Assembly: GCA_038205935.1 (NCBI GenBank)
Contig: JBBRBK010000009.1
Location: 1 to 46,879 of the forward strand
Direction: 5' to 3'
Source: Campylobacterales bacterium
Lineage (GTDB): Bacteria > Campylobacterota > Campylobacteria > Campylobacterales > Sulfurimonadaceae
Length of the DNA: 46,879 bases
Below the pieces are notes generated by a model. It ran no database searches. It had not been told where the DNA came from and saw nothing but the letters and a program-made list of their open reading frames with translations. Made by a program: the position numbers and the translations under genes. This document shows, piece after piece, positions 19,309-29,522 of this stretch (positions are counted from its first letter, which is position 1; every line of letters begins with the position of its first letter).

Positions 19309-20247
19309 TTGAAATCAATGAATAAGTCTAATGCAAAAAAAATATTAGAAGAGATATATATTGATATAGTGGAAAAAGTTGATGAGCAAGATGGTCTTAT
19401 ATCAAAAGATACGCTTTTAGACTTCTTGCACTCTGCGATGGCTACTATTTCAAAATTGAATTTTGAACTGCCTGATGCTCTAGAAAGCCTAAAAATATCT
19501 CTCAACGAAGAGTTTAAAGATATTGCAAAAGAGAGTGTAGATAATTACACGCATACAAATAGACGTTTTGAAGAATTGGTCACTACGCAAGAAAAGACTA
19601 TAAATGATTTTAAAAATCAGACAATCAACGTAGATCAGATCAAAGACAAATTTGATGGTATCCAAACGCATATGTTGGATGAAGTTAGTAAAGCAAATAG
19701 AGTTATTTCAGACTTAACACAAAAAATTGAAAAACTTGAAAAGTCAACTCAGATTGATCACTTAACAAAAGTTTATAATCGTGGAATGCTCACGCAACAT
19801 TTAGAAAGTCTATGTGATAACAAAAGCTATGCAAAAGATGTGCATCTTTACATGATAGATATCGATGACTTTAAAACTATAAATGACACTTATGGTCACA
19901 TTGTTGGGGATAAAGTTCTAATATTTCTTGCAAATATCCTAAGAAAAACGCTTAGAGAAGGCGATAAAATATACAGATATGGCGGCGAAGAATTTGTTGT
20001 GGTTTTAAATAGAATTCAAAGATCTGAATGTGTAAAAGTTGCTCAAAGAATTGTTTCCTTAGTAGATATAAATAAGCTGATTTATAAAGAGCTCAATGTG
20101 AACGTTACTATAAGTCTTGGTATAACATCATTAAAAGATGATGACACACCTGATAGTTTTATAGCAAGAGCAGATAAAGCTCTGTATGAAGCTAAAAAAA
20201 ATGGTAAAAATAGAATTGAAATGGATTGTGAGCAAATGAATATATGA
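19309..20247 (+). CDS. Cytoplasmic diguanylate cyclase (coiled coil + GGDEF)
   Basis: DHLT, DIDDFK.INDTYGH, RxxD I-site (REGD) and YGGEEF. Start may be ATG 19318. TATAAT at 19279-19284. Confidence 0.92.
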   Translation: MKSMNKSNAKKILEEIYIDIVEKVDEQDGLISKDTLLDFLHSAMATISKLNFELPDALESLKISLNEEFKDIAKESVDNYTHTNRRFEELVTTQEKTINDFKNQTINVDQIKDKFDGIQTHMLDEVSKANRVISDLTQKIEKLEKSTQIDHLTKVYNRGMLTQHLESLCDNKSYAKDVHLYMIDIDDFKTINDTYGHIVGDKVLIFLANILRKTLREGDKIYRYGGEEFVVVLNRIQRSECVKVAQRIVSLVDINKLIYKELNVNVTISLGITSLKDDDTPDSFIARADKALYEAKKNGKNRIEMDCEQMNI

Positions 20248-20852
20248 GTTATTTTGATATTGTAGTCGGAGTCATAATATTGCTCCTTGGTTTAAAAGGT
20301 ATTCTCAACGGATTTTTCAGAGAGCTGTTTGGTCTTATAGGAATAGTAGGTGGTGTTTTTATTGCATCAAGATTTGGAACGCCTGTTGGGCAATTTCTTA
20401 GCGATGCAGTCTTTCATTTTCAAAATAAAGCTGCACTTACCTTCACTGGATTTGTCCTTACTCTTGGATTATTTTGGCTTATGATGGTTTCCGTAGGTAT
20501 TGCGTTTAAACAATTAAGCAATATCAGCGGACTTGGACCTCTGGATAAAATTATGGGTTTTATAGTTGGAGCAGGAAAATTCTTTTTAATTGTGTCTGTT
20601 GTAGCATATGCTTTTTATAACATCAAAATCGTAAGAACAAATATGCAAGCCACTATGGACAAAAGTATTCTTTTCCCTGTTCTAGTGACAACAGGTGGAT
20701 ACATTATGAAAATAGATACTGGAGATATACAAAAAGATATCAATGCAACAGTTGAGACAAAACAAGAGCAAGTTGAAAAGAAAGTGCAAACGAGCATAAA
20801 AGAGAAAGTAGAAACTTCTATCTCAGAAGAAATAAAAAAGAAAGTTAAATAA
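20244..20852 (+). CDS. cvpA: CvpA family membrane protein
   Basis: G..NGFFRE, LDKIMGF..G. Lies upstream of fur as in Campylobacter. Confidence 0.88.
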   Translation: MSYFDIVVGVIILLLGLKGILNGFFRELFGLIGIVGGVFIASRFGTPVGQFLSDAVFHFQNKAALTFTGFVLTLGLFWLMMVSVGIAFKQLSNISGLGPLDKIMGFIVGAGKFFLIVSVVAYAFYNIKIVRTNMQATMDKSILFPVLVTTGGYIMKIDTGDIQKDINATVETKQEQVEKKVQTSIKEKVETSISEEIKKKVK

Positions 20853-20853
20853 A

Positions 20854-21324
20854 ATGGGTACAGCAACAGATTTTACAGAAAGAACGATAGCATACAATAA
20901 ATTGCTCAATGATTTTAAAAATCTGCTTAAAAGAAACAATCTCAAATTTACGATACAGCGTGAAGTTATTTTAGAAACTTTATACAACTCTGATGAGCAC
21001 CTTTCTCCAGAATCTCTTTATAATCTGATTCAGGAAAGGCATCCTCAGCTTAATACCGGAATCGCAACAATCTACCGTACTCTTACTCTTTTAGAGGAGT
21101 CAGATATTGTCACATCGTTATCTTTTGGAGCTCAGGGAAAAAAATATGAACTTGGTGCTAAAGAGCATCATGACCACATGATTTGTACAAAATGTGGTCT
21201 TATTACAGAGTTCGTAGATGAAGAGATAGAAAAAAGACAACAGATCATTTCACAAAGTTTAGGCTTTCAAATGACAGACCATTCAATGCAGATTTACGGT
21301 ATCTGTAAAAATTGCCAATCATAA
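20854..21324 (+). CDS. fur: Ferric uptake regulator
   Basis: T.QRE, GIATIYRTL, HHDHMICTKCG, C-terminal CKNC. Confidence 0.93.
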   Translation: MGTATDFTERTIAYNKLLNDFKNLLKRNNLKFTIQREVILETLYNSDEHLSPESLYNLIQERHPQLNTGIATIYRTLTLLEESDIVTSLSFGAQGKKYELGAKEHHDHMICTKCGLITEFVDEEIEKRQQIISQSLGFQMTDHSMQIYGICKNCQS

Positions 21325-21342
21325 ATTTATAAGGAAAACGCA

Positions 21343-22863
21343 TTGCCATTTAGTAACAAATATATTCAATTACGTATAGAAAAAGCAAATCAGCTTAAAG
21401 AGCTTGGATTCAATCCATACTCAAACCACTCAGAAAGAAATACGACTATATCAAAGTATATGAATGTCAACTCTGATGTGGAGCATCTCGAAAATAAACG
21501 TGATGAAAAGAGAAACTATACACTCAGCGGACGCATTAAATTTTTCCGTGTTATGGGAAAAGCAAGCTTTTTAAAGATAGAAGATGAAAGTGGAATGCTT
21601 CAAATTTATGTCACGCGAGACAATCTTCCTGAGAGCTTTTATAACGATGTATTTAAAAAACTGATCGAAGTCGGAGATATCATCGAAGTCAGTGGTTATC
21701 CTTTTGTGACAAATCAAGGTGAACTTTCTTTACATGTAGATACACTTAAACTTTTAACAAAAGCAATTGCACCGCTTCCTGAAAAATTTCACGGTGTTAC
21801 AGATAAAGAGATCAGATATCGTCAACGTTATCTTGACCTTATTATGGACTCCGAAGTACGTAAAACATTTCAAACACGCTCGAAGATCATCTCCTTAACA
21901 AGAAGATTTTTTGAAGATAAAGGCTTCCTAGAAGTTGAAACACCGATGATGCATCCAATCGCCGGCGGAGCAAATGCAAAACCATTCGTAACCCATCATA
22001 ATGCTCTTGGAATCGATAGATTTCTTAGAATCGCTCCTGAACTTTATCTCAAACGTCTTATCGTCGGCGGATTTGAAGCGGTGTTTGAGATCAACCGTAA
22101 CTTTAGAAATGAGGGGATGGATGCAACGCATAATCCTGAATTTACCTCTATAGAGTTTTACTGGGCTTATAAAACATACAAAGATCTTATCGAAATAACA
22201 AAAGAGTATTTTGCATATCTTTTCGATCATCTCAACCTCCCTACTCTTTTGCCTTATGGAGAGTTAGAAGTTGATTTTGCAGATTTTACAGAGATTCCTC
22301 TTATCACTTCTCTCTCAGAGATCGGTGGAGTTGATGTAAATATCGTAAACGATAAAGAGAAAATACTAGAATTTTTAAGAGCCAATAAACTTGAAGCAAA
22401 ACCTGCCATGAGTCTTGGTCAGCTTCAAGGTGTGCTTTTTGATGAATTTGTCGAAGAAAAACTTATCAATCCAACATTCATCACTGATTATCCAGTTGAG
22501 ATTTCTCCGCTAGCTCGTAGAAATGACGAGCATCCAGAGATCACTGAGAGATTTGAACTCTTTATCGCTGGACGAGAAATTGCAAATGCGTTTAGTGAAC
22601 TCAATGATCCTGTGGATCAGCTTTCACGCTTTGAAGGACAAATGAGTGCCAAAGATGCAGGCGATGATGAAGCGCATGAAATGGATCTAGATTTTGTTAA
22701 TGCCCTTAGCTATGGAATGGCACCAACTGCGGGTCAAGGTATAGGTATGGATAGACTTGTAATGTTACTTACAAATGAGCACTCTATTAGAGATGTTCTT
22801 TTATTTCCTGCTATGAAACCGATTCATGGCGAAGCAAAAGAGATTCACGAAGAAGAAAAATAG
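21343..22863 (+). CDS. lysS: Lysine--tRNA ligase (class II)
   Basis: [39 protein letters not shown]. Confidence 0.98.
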   Translation: MPFSNKYIQLRIEKANQLKELGFNPYSNHSERNTTISKYMNVNSDVEHLENKRDEKRNYTLSGRIKFFRVMGKASFLKIEDESGMLQIYVTRDNLPESFYNDVFKKLIEVGDIIEVSGYPFVTNQGELSLHVDTLKLLTKAIAPLPEKFHGVTDKEIRYRQRYLDLIMDSEVRKTFQTRSKIISLTRRFFEDKGFLEVETPMMHPIAGGANAKPFVTHHNALGIDRFLRIAPELYLKRLIVGGFEAVFEINRNFRNEGMDATHNPEFTSIEFYWAYKTYKDLIEITKEYFAYLFDHLNLPTLLPYGELEVDFADFTEIPLITSLSEIGGVDVNIVNDKEKILEFLRANKLEAKPAMSLGQLQGVLFDEFVEEKLINPTFITDYPVEISPLARRNDEHPEITERFELFIAGREIANAFSELNDPVDQLSRFEGQMSAKDAGDDEAHEMDLDFVNALSYGMAPTAGQGIGMDRLVMLLTNEHSIRDVLLFPAMKPIHGEAKEIHEEEK

Positions 22864-22894
22864 TGTTAAATTTAAATCAAAAAAAGGAAGAAAA

Positions 22895-24142
22895 ATGAGT
22901 TTTTTAAAAGATTTCGATAACGATATCTATGAATTGTGTGAAAAAGAGTTAGTGCGTCAGACTGACCACTTAGAGATGATTGCAAGTGAAAACTTCACTC
23001 TTCCTGCTGTTATGGAAGCGATGGGAAGTGTTTTTACAAACAAATATGCTGAGGGTTATCCTGGTAAACGTTACTATGGTGGATGTGAGTATGCTGATGG
23101 TGTTGAGCAATTAGCAATCGACAGAGCATGTGAGCTCTTTGGATGTAAATTTGCAAATGTACAGCCACACTCTGGAAGTCAGGCGAATGGCGCTGTATAC
23201 GCAGCACTTTTACAAGCTGGAGATAAACTTCTAGGCATGGATTTAAGCCATGGTGGGCACTTAACTCATGGAAGTAAACCAAGTTTTTCTGGTAAAAACT
23301 ACCACTCATTTACTTATGGTGTAGAACTTGATGGCCGTATCAACTATGAAAGAGTGATGGATATTGCAAAAATCACTCAGCCTAAGATCATTGTTTGTGG
23401 TGCTTCTGCTTATGCTCGTGAAATTGATTTTAAAAAGTTCCGCGAGATCGCTGATGCTGTTGGTGCAATCTTGTTTGCTGACATCGCGCACATCGCTGGT
23501 TTGGTTGCAGCTGGTGAACATCCAAGTCCATTTCCTTATGCTGATGTTGTAACAACTACAACACATAAAACGCTTGCTGGCCCACGCGGCGGTATGATCA
23601 TGACAAATGATGAAGAGATCGCTAAGAAAATGAACTCTGCGATTTTCCCAGCTCTTCAAGGCGGACCACTTGTACATGTAATCGCAGCAAAAGCGGTTGG
23701 ATTCAAATATAATCTTTCACCTGCTTGGAAAGATTACGCTATTCAAGTCAAGAAAAATGCGGCTATCTTAGCTGATGTTTTAATGAAACGCGGATACGAT
23801 GTTGTAAGTGGCGGAACTGACAATCACCTCGTTTTAGTAAGTTTCATCAATAAAGAATTTAGCGGTAAAGATGCTGATGCGGCTCTTGGTCGTGCTGGTA
23901 TCACAGTCAATAAAAATACTGTTCCAGGTGAAACGAGAAGTCCGTTTGTCACGTCAGGTATCCGCGTTGGAAGTGCTGCACTTACTTCACGTGGTATGAA
24001 AGATGCTGAGTTTGAACTCATCGCAAGCCGCATCGCTGATGTACTTGATGATATCAACAACGAAGCACGTCATGCAGAAATTAAAGCAGAGTTAAAAGCT
24101 TTAGCTCAAAATTTTGTGATCTATCACCAACCAACGTATTAA
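22895..24142 (+). CDS. glyA: Serine hydroxymethyltransferase
   Basis: [29 protein letters not shown]. Start re-assigned to ATG 22895 behind AAGGA. Confidence 0.98.
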   Translation: MSFLKDFDNDIYELCEKELVRQTDHLEMIASENFTLPAVMEAMGSVFTNKYAEGYPGKRYYGGCEYADGVEQLAIDRACELFGCKFANVQPHSGSQANGAVYAALLQAGDKLLGMDLSHGGHLTHGSKPSFSGKNYHSFTYGVELDGRINYERVMDIAKITQPKIIVCGASAYAREIDFKKFREIADAVGAILFADIAHIAGLVAAGEHPSPFPYADVVTTTTHKTLAGPRGGMIMTNDEEIAKKMNSAIFPALQGGPLVHVIAAKAVGFKYNLSPAWKDYAIQVKKNAAILADVLMKRGYDVVSGGTDNHLVLVSFINKEFSGKDADAALGRAGITVNKNTVPGETRSPFVTSGIRVGSAALTSRGMKDAEFELIASRIADVLDDINNEARHAEIKAELKALAQNFVIYHQPTY

Positions 24143-24172
24143 TTAGTATAAAAGAAAGCTTGAGGATAAAAT

Positions 24173-24715
24173 ATGACTGCTATGGACTTAAAACTTATAA
24201 AGATGGTCACAACTCACTACTGGCAAAAGAGTGATAGTGTCGTAGATAAAATAAGTTTTAAGGGCAGGACTTTTTTTAACAAGTTTGAAAAAATAGAGAA
24301 AACTCTAACACAATCTGTGATCAATCAACACCTCAAAGGTGAGATAACTGTAGCACATTCACTTGTTGACGCCAAAGGTATTGTTGAAAATATTGTTATC
24401 GATTATAATGGTCGCGATCCTGAAAGGTTTTACCATAAGACTCAACTTCTTTTACGCGAAGAGGGATATATCAATTTTACGGCTTTTACTTCAAAAACAG
24501 ATGGTCATCTTCATGTCTACATACACAAGGGACATACCACTTTACAAGAGGCTATTCAGCTTGGTAAAATGATCTCTATGAAATTAGCAGCAAAACAGCC
24601 AAAACAGTGGAAAATGTTTCCAACTGATGAATTGCCAAGTGAGTACAATATTTTAGCTCTGCCATATGATCTCTACGCTAAAGAGCGTGGTGCTTCATGG
24701 TCGAAACATATGTGA
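24173..24715 (+). CDS. DUF1882 family protein (HP0184/Cj0403-like)
   Basis: FFNKFE, IDYNG, SKT.GHLHVYIHKGHT, RGASWSKHM. Located downstream of glyA as in Campylobacter and Helicobacter. Confidence 0.85.
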   Translation: MTAMDLKLIKMVTTHYWQKSDSVVDKISFKGRTFFNKFEKIEKTLTQSVINQHLKGEITVAHSLVDAKGIVENIVIDYNGRDPERFYHKTQLLLREEGYINFTAFTSKTDGHLHVYIHKGHTTLQEAIQLGKMISMKLAAKQPKQWKMFPTDELPSEYNILALPYDLYAKERGASWSKHM

Positions 24716-24731
24716 CATAAAAGGATTTATG

Positions 24732-25610
24732 ATGGAAGAAAGAAACGAATTAAATGACATTATCTTAAATAGAGGTGGCGGCTCTATGGGTTCGAGTAAA
24801 AAGATTGCACTCGCTGTTGGAGTACTTGCTGTGATACTCATTGTAGTTGTGATGATTATGAAAACTTCTGTCTCAAACAGTACAGATAATCTTCCTCAAG
24901 CGCAACAAGCCCCAAAAACTAATCTTCCTCCTGAACCACCAGTTCCGCAGGCCAACAATGATCAACAAGGAAATGCTCCACTTTTTAAACCTGTAGAAAT
25001 AGTACAAGAAAACAAAAAAGGTGATGATGATCTTGATAAGATAGCTCAAAAACTCAAACAAGAAAGCTTATCAAAAGATGTGACTCCTACTGCGGTTGTA
25101 ACACCTGCTGTAGTAACTGAAAAAGTAGCGGCTCCTGTTGTTAAAGAAAAAGTTAAAGCTCCCGTTGTTAAAGAAAATGTCCATGTTATAAGACAAAGAG
25201 ATGTAGCAAAAAATGAACCTGTTGCTAAAAAAGAACCAGTAGTAAAAAAAGAGAGTATCGTGAAGAAAGAGGTTCCTGAGAAAAAAGAGACTCCAGTAAA
25301 AAAAGAATCTTTATTTACAAAAATTGATGCACCGAAGAAAGAGACCTCTTCTACTAAAGAACCTAAAGCCGTAAGTAAAACATCAGCAACTGGAACTTAC
25401 TATGTTCAAGTTGGATCTTTTGCAAAAATTGCTCCAAATGACAAGCTTTTGGAATCTATCAAAAAACTGGGATACGCTTATGAATCTGTGAAAACAGGTG
25501 AAACAAGTAAAGTCATCGTTGGACCATTTAAAAATGAGGCTGATGCAAGAGAAGCACTGAAAGCCCTTCGTAAAGATGTTGTACCTGGCGCTTTTATAAC
25601 AAAAAAATAG
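24732..25610 (+). CDS. SPOR-domain cell division protein (FtsN/DedD-like)
   Basis: NELNDII, one TM, long P/K/E/V linker, C-terminal YYVQVGSF...VIVGPF...AFI. Confidence 0.88.
   Translation: MEERNELNDIILNRGGGSMGSSKKIALAVGVLAVILIVVVMIMKTSVSNSTDNLPQAQQAPKTNLPPEPPVPQANNDQQGNAPLFKPVEIVQENKKGDDDLDKIAQKLKQESLSKDVTPTAVVTPAVVTEKVAAPVVKEKVKAPVVKENVHVIRQRDVAKNEPVAKKEPVVKKESIVKKEVPEKKETPVKKESLFTKIDAPKKETSSTKEPKAVSKTSATGTYYVQVGSFAKIAPNDKLLESIKKLGYAYESVKTGETSKVIVGPFKNEADAREALKALRKDVVPGAFITKK
25131..25310 (+). repeat. Intragenic tandem repeats in SPOR linker
   Basis: Two copies of GCTCCyGTTGTTAAAGAAAA at 25131 and 25158 (27-bp period), then about six 18-bp units encoding K(K/N)Exxx at 25209-25310. Confidence 0.7.
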
Positions 25611-25628
25611 TCTATAAAAGGGTTTGTC

Positions 25629-27032
25629 TTGATTCATCATACACAGTTTACACTTGATCAGTTCGCACCGATTGCTGTTTATCATAAGCTTAAAGAGATT
25701 TTCAAAGATGAGATCAGCTACCTCTTTGAGAGCGCTGGACAGAGCGATGGCAACTATAGCTTTATCATGATAGGCGATAGAGAAAGACTTCAATACAAAG
25801 ATGGTGTCACTATTTATACAAATGCAAAAGGGGAAAAAGAGGTAAGTGATATTTCCCCTTTTACCTTTTTAAAAGAATACTACAAACATATCGATACAGC
25901 TCTTTACAAGTCTACATGTAAAGAACTTAACGTCGGTTATGTTGATGGTTTTATCGGCTATATCGGATATGATATGGTGAAAGTCTTTGAGCCAAAACTC
26001 AAAAATAGTATGAACCATCTTCACGATGAACTGCACACTCCCGATCTTGATCTGATACTTCCAAAACTCGTTGTTGCTTACTCTCACAAAAACAATAAAA
26101 TTTCTTTGATCTCTGTTTTAGATGAAATGCAAGAGAGATTTGAAGCACTTGAAGAGAGTTTAAAAGATTCTTACAAATATGTTCCAATGGTACAAAACAT
26201 TGGAGATGACGAAGGTTCTTTTGCATTTTCAAAAGAGCATTTTTTTGAAATGGTCGAAAAATCAAAAGAGATGATAAGAAGTGGTGACGTTTTTCAAATC
26301 CTTATGACAAACCGCTTCACAAGAAATATAGAGGTCGATCCATTTAGTTTTTATCGCGTTTTAAGAGCTAAAAATCCATCTCCTTATATGTTTTTAATGG
26401 AGTATGAGGATTTTAATATTGTGGGAAGTTCGCCCGAAGTTATGGTTCGTCTTACTGATGGTGAGATTCTTCTCCGTCCAATTGCTGGAACAAGAAAGCG
26501 TGGTGATACTAAACAGCGTGATAAAGAGCTCGAAGCTGAACTTCTAGCCGATCCTAAAGAGCTTTCAGAACACTTGATGCTTATCGATCTTGGACGTAAT
26601 GATGTCGGTCGCGTCGCGGCAACTGGCACGGTTGAAGTGGAAGATATGATGCATATTGAGCGTTTCTCTCACGTTATGCATATCGTTTCCGACGTGGTTG
26701 CAACGCTGCGTGAAGACAAAGATATGTTTGACCTCTTTATGGCAACTTTTACAGCCGGCACTATGACGGGTGCTCCAAAAATTCGTGCGATGGAACTCAT
26801 CGCAGAGTACGAAGGTCTCAAACGCGGCTTTTACAGTGGAAGCATAGGCTACTTTGGATTTGATGGCAATATGGACAGCGCGATCACTATTCGTACGGCT
26901 ATGGTGAAGCCTGATAAAGTGATCCTTCAAGCTGGTGCAGGAATTGTTGCGGATTCAGTCAATGAGCTTGAATATCTTGAAGTGACCAATAAACTCGGCG
27001 CTTTGATGAGTTCTCTCAAAGATCTGGACTAA
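25629..27032 (+). CDS. trpE: Anthranilate synthase component I
   Basis: YLFES, GDVFQ, NPSPYM, SSPE, RPIAGTRKRG, EHLMLIDLGRND, GAPKIRAM. Confidence 0.85.
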   Translation: MIHHTQFTLDQFAPIAVYHKLKEIFKDEISYLFESAGQSDGNYSFIMIGDRERLQYKDGVTIYTNAKGEKEVSDISPFTFLKEYYKHIDTALYKSTCKELNVGYVDGFIGYIGYDMVKVFEPKLKNSMNHLHDELHTPDLDLILPKLVVAYSHKNNKISLISVLDEMQERFEALEESLKDSYKYVPMVQNIGDDEGSFAFSKEHFFEMVEKSKEMIRSGDVFQILMTNRFTRNIEVDPFSFYRVLRAKNPSPYMFLMEYEDFNIVGSSPEVMVRLTDGEILLRPIAGTRKRGDTKQRDKELEAELLADPKELSEHLMLIDLGRNDVGRVAATGTVEVEDMMHIERFSHVMHIVSDVVATLREDKDMFDLFMATFTAGTMTGAPKIRAMELIAEYEGLKRGFYSGSIGYFGFDGNMDSAITIRTAMVKPDKVILQAGAGIVADSVNELEYLEVTNKLGALMSSLKDLD

Positions 27033-27844
27033 TGTCAAAACTTTTCGCTATTTTTGGAGATCCGGTTTCACACTCGCGCTCTCCTTTGATGCATAACTAT
27101 CTCTTTAAAGCCTTACATGTAGACGCATGTTATACGAGAGTTCATCTCACTAATGGCTCCAAACTTCGTGAAACTTTTCTCTCACTTGGACTTAGTGGTG
27201 CAAATATCACCGTTCCACATAAAGAAGCCGCATATAATGCTTGCGATGAAGTTCGAGGTTTTGCAACGACCATTGGCGTTGTAAATACTATCATTTTGCA
27301 AGACGACAAACTCATCGGTTATAACACAGATGCTGATGGCTTTATGGAAGCGATCAAGCCTTTTGGAACAATCAAAACAGTTCTCATTCTCGGAGCTGGT
27401 GGAACAGCAAAAGCACTTGCCTCCCGTTTCTTGCAAGATGGTCTACATGTAAGCATTTTAAACAGAAGCGAAAATCGCCTCTCATATTTTAAAGAACTTG
27501 GACTTGCATGCGAAGTGCCCTTAGGGTGTGACACTTGGGAAAGCTTTGTATGTAAGAGTTATGATCTAGTTGTAAACACGACAAGTGCGGGTTTAAAAGA
27601 TGAATTTTACCCTGCTCCAAAAACTATGATAGATGAGATTCTCTCTCACACTTCATATGTGGCAGATGCGATCTACGGCAAATTAACACCATTTTTAGCA
27701 TTGGCAAAACAAAAAAAACTCACCTTTAAAGATGGAGCCGATATGCTTTTATACCAAGGTGTACTTGCAAACCATCTTTTTTGCGAGAAACAGTTTGATC
27801 TGAAAACAACTGCTGATGTTATGCAAAAAAGTTTTCTTCTGTAG
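27032..27844 (+). CDS. aroE: Shikimate dehydrogenase
   Basis: HSRSP.MHN, NITVPHK, VNT, NTD, GAGGTA, NRS, MLLYQG. Confidence 0.96.
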   Translation: MSKLFAIFGDPVSHSRSPLMHNYLFKALHVDACYTRVHLTNGSKLRETFLSLGLSGANITVPHKEAAYNACDEVRGFATTIGVVNTIILQDDKLIGYNTDADGFMEAIKPFGTIKTVLILGAGGTAKALASRFLQDGLHVSILNRSENRLSYFKELGLACEVPLGCDTWESFVCKSYDLVVNTTSAGLKDEFYPAPKTMIDEILSHTSYVADAIYGKLTPFLALAKQKKLTFKDGADMLLYQGVLANHLFCEKQFDLKTTADVMQKSFLL

Positions 27845-27871
27845 TTGGCTAAGATACTTTTTTAGCTAACT
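27843..27871 (+). terminator. Possible terminator hairpin after aroE
   Basis: AGTTGGCTAA / TTAGCTAACT stem (one G-U pair). The U-tail is weak. Confidence 0.4.
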
Positions 27872-28001
27872 TATCATTTCAATTTCCTCTTTGACTACTG
27901 CATTTGATAAAAATACAGTCGCCAAAAAAGCGAAAAAGAAGTTATCCTTCATCTTTTAAGTAAGAAAAATGTAAAATATACTCTTTAAATATCATAGTTT
28001 T

Positions 28002-29522
28002 TTGGAGCTTTTTATAAAAATCGTTACTCTTCTTTTTATTCTATTTTTTTCTGTATTTGCAACAGAGAAGGTTAATGTTTTTATCCTCCATTCATATTCA
28101 CAAGAATATGAATGGACCAAGAAGCAACACAATTCTTTTGTCTCAACGCTTAATAAAAGCGATAAAAATTTCACTTTTTATACAGAATATCTTGATACAA
28201 AACGAGTCAAATCAACTCAAGAGTATAAAAACAATTTTCTAAAGTATCTTCATATGAAGTATGCAGACACTTCACCAAATATAATCTATGTTACAGATGA
28301 TGATGCTTTAACTTTTGTATATGAAAAATATAATCAAATCTTCTTAGAAAAGGAAGATATTCCTGTATTCTTTTCAGGTATCAATAATCTAGACATGAAT
28401 ACTATTTTAGATAAAAAACATTATGCTGGTGTCTATGAAATACAAGAGATTGAGCCAAATATAGATCTTATTAAACAGTTTTCACCACAGACTAGAGATA
28501 TCTATTTTCTTGGAGATAACTCTAGTACATATCAATCCATCAAAAATGAAATAGCATCTAAACATAGTAAATTTAAAAATATGAATTTTCACTATATAAG
28601 TGATAATCATCTGTCAAAAATTTTAGAAGCGTTGCCAAAAAAACCTCGAAGTTTTGTACTTTTAACCACTATTGGCGGATTGAAAGATGATCAAAATAAA
28701 ACACTTTTACCAAGTGAATCTATAGAAAAAATAAAACAAAATCCAAATTTGATTTTACTCAGTATGGAAGACTCTTACATGAGAAAAGGGATTGTAGGAG
28801 GTTATCTTACAAGTGGAGAGAAACAGGGAAAAGAAGCTGCAAATTTGGTTTTAAAATATCTCAATGAACACTCTTTTAAAAATATTCATTCTGATATACA
28901 TAGTCCAAATATATACCTTTTTAGTGCTAAAGAATTGACTAATTCTAGAATAATATTGTCAAACTATATTGAGCGAAAAGCCATTATTGTAGACAAAGAT
29001 AAAAATTTCCTAGAAAAAAATCTATCTCTTCTTCTCAATATATTTACACTCATTGTATTGATCTTGATATTTATCGGTATAGCACTTTATGCGCTGCAAA
29101 GAAAAAAATATTTGACTCAAAAAAAAGAATTACGTAAAATCGATAGCTTAAGAAATAAACTTTATATCAAAGACCAACTTCTTCACAATACCTTTGAGCT
29201 CTCAAATATCGGATACTGGAGATTAGATACGCTTAATGACACACTGTTTGTCTCACAAAAACTATTAAATACTTTACAAATCGATGCACTTATTTATAAA
29301 GATGATTCAAAGCTACTTGAGTATTTTGTGCATCAAGATGATCGAGAACTTTTTTTGAAAAAATTACAAGAGGTTAAGCTTTCTCATGAACCGCTTATCT
29401 TTGAACATAAAATGGTGACATCACGTAAATCTGTCTTACATGTAAGAGAAATCCTTTATACCGAAGATATAAAATACAATGATTCATCAGTGATAATCGG
29501 AATTATCCAATTTGAAAAGTAA
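28002..29522 (+). CDS. Membrane sensor: periplasmic substrate-binding-like domain + TM + PAS, no output domain
   Basis: LHSYSQEYEWT, EYLDTKR, DDDAL, PVFFSGIN, GIVGG..TSG.KQG (ABC_sub_bind-like sensor). TM at about aa 342-365. C-terminal GYW...VHQDD...GIIQ is PAS-like. Start codon uncertain (TTG). Confidence 0.75.
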   Translation: MELFIKIVTLLFILFFSVFATEKVNVFILHSYSQEYEWTKKQHNSFVSTLNKSDKNFTFYTEYLDTKRVKSTQEYKNNFLKYLHMKYADTSPNIIYVTDDDALTFVYEKYNQIFLEKEDIPVFFSGINNLDMNTILDKKHYAGVYEIQEIEPNIDLIKQFSPQTRDIYFLGDNSSTYQSIKNEIASKHSKFKNMNFHYISDNHLSKILEALPKKPRSFVLLTTIGGLKDDQNKTLLPSESIEKIKQNPNLILLSMEDSYMRKGIVGGYLTSGEKQGKEAANLVLKYLNEHSFKNIHSDIHSPNIYLFSAKELTNSRIILSNYIERKAIIVDKDKNFLEKNLSLLLNIFTLIVLILIFIGIALYALQRKKYLTQKKELRKIDSLRNKLYIKDQLLHNTFELSNIGYWRLDTLNDTLFVSQKLLNTLQIDALIYKDDSKLLEYFVHQDDRELFLKKLQEVKLSHEPLIFEHKMVTSRKSVLHVREILYTEDIKYNDSSVIIGIIQFEK

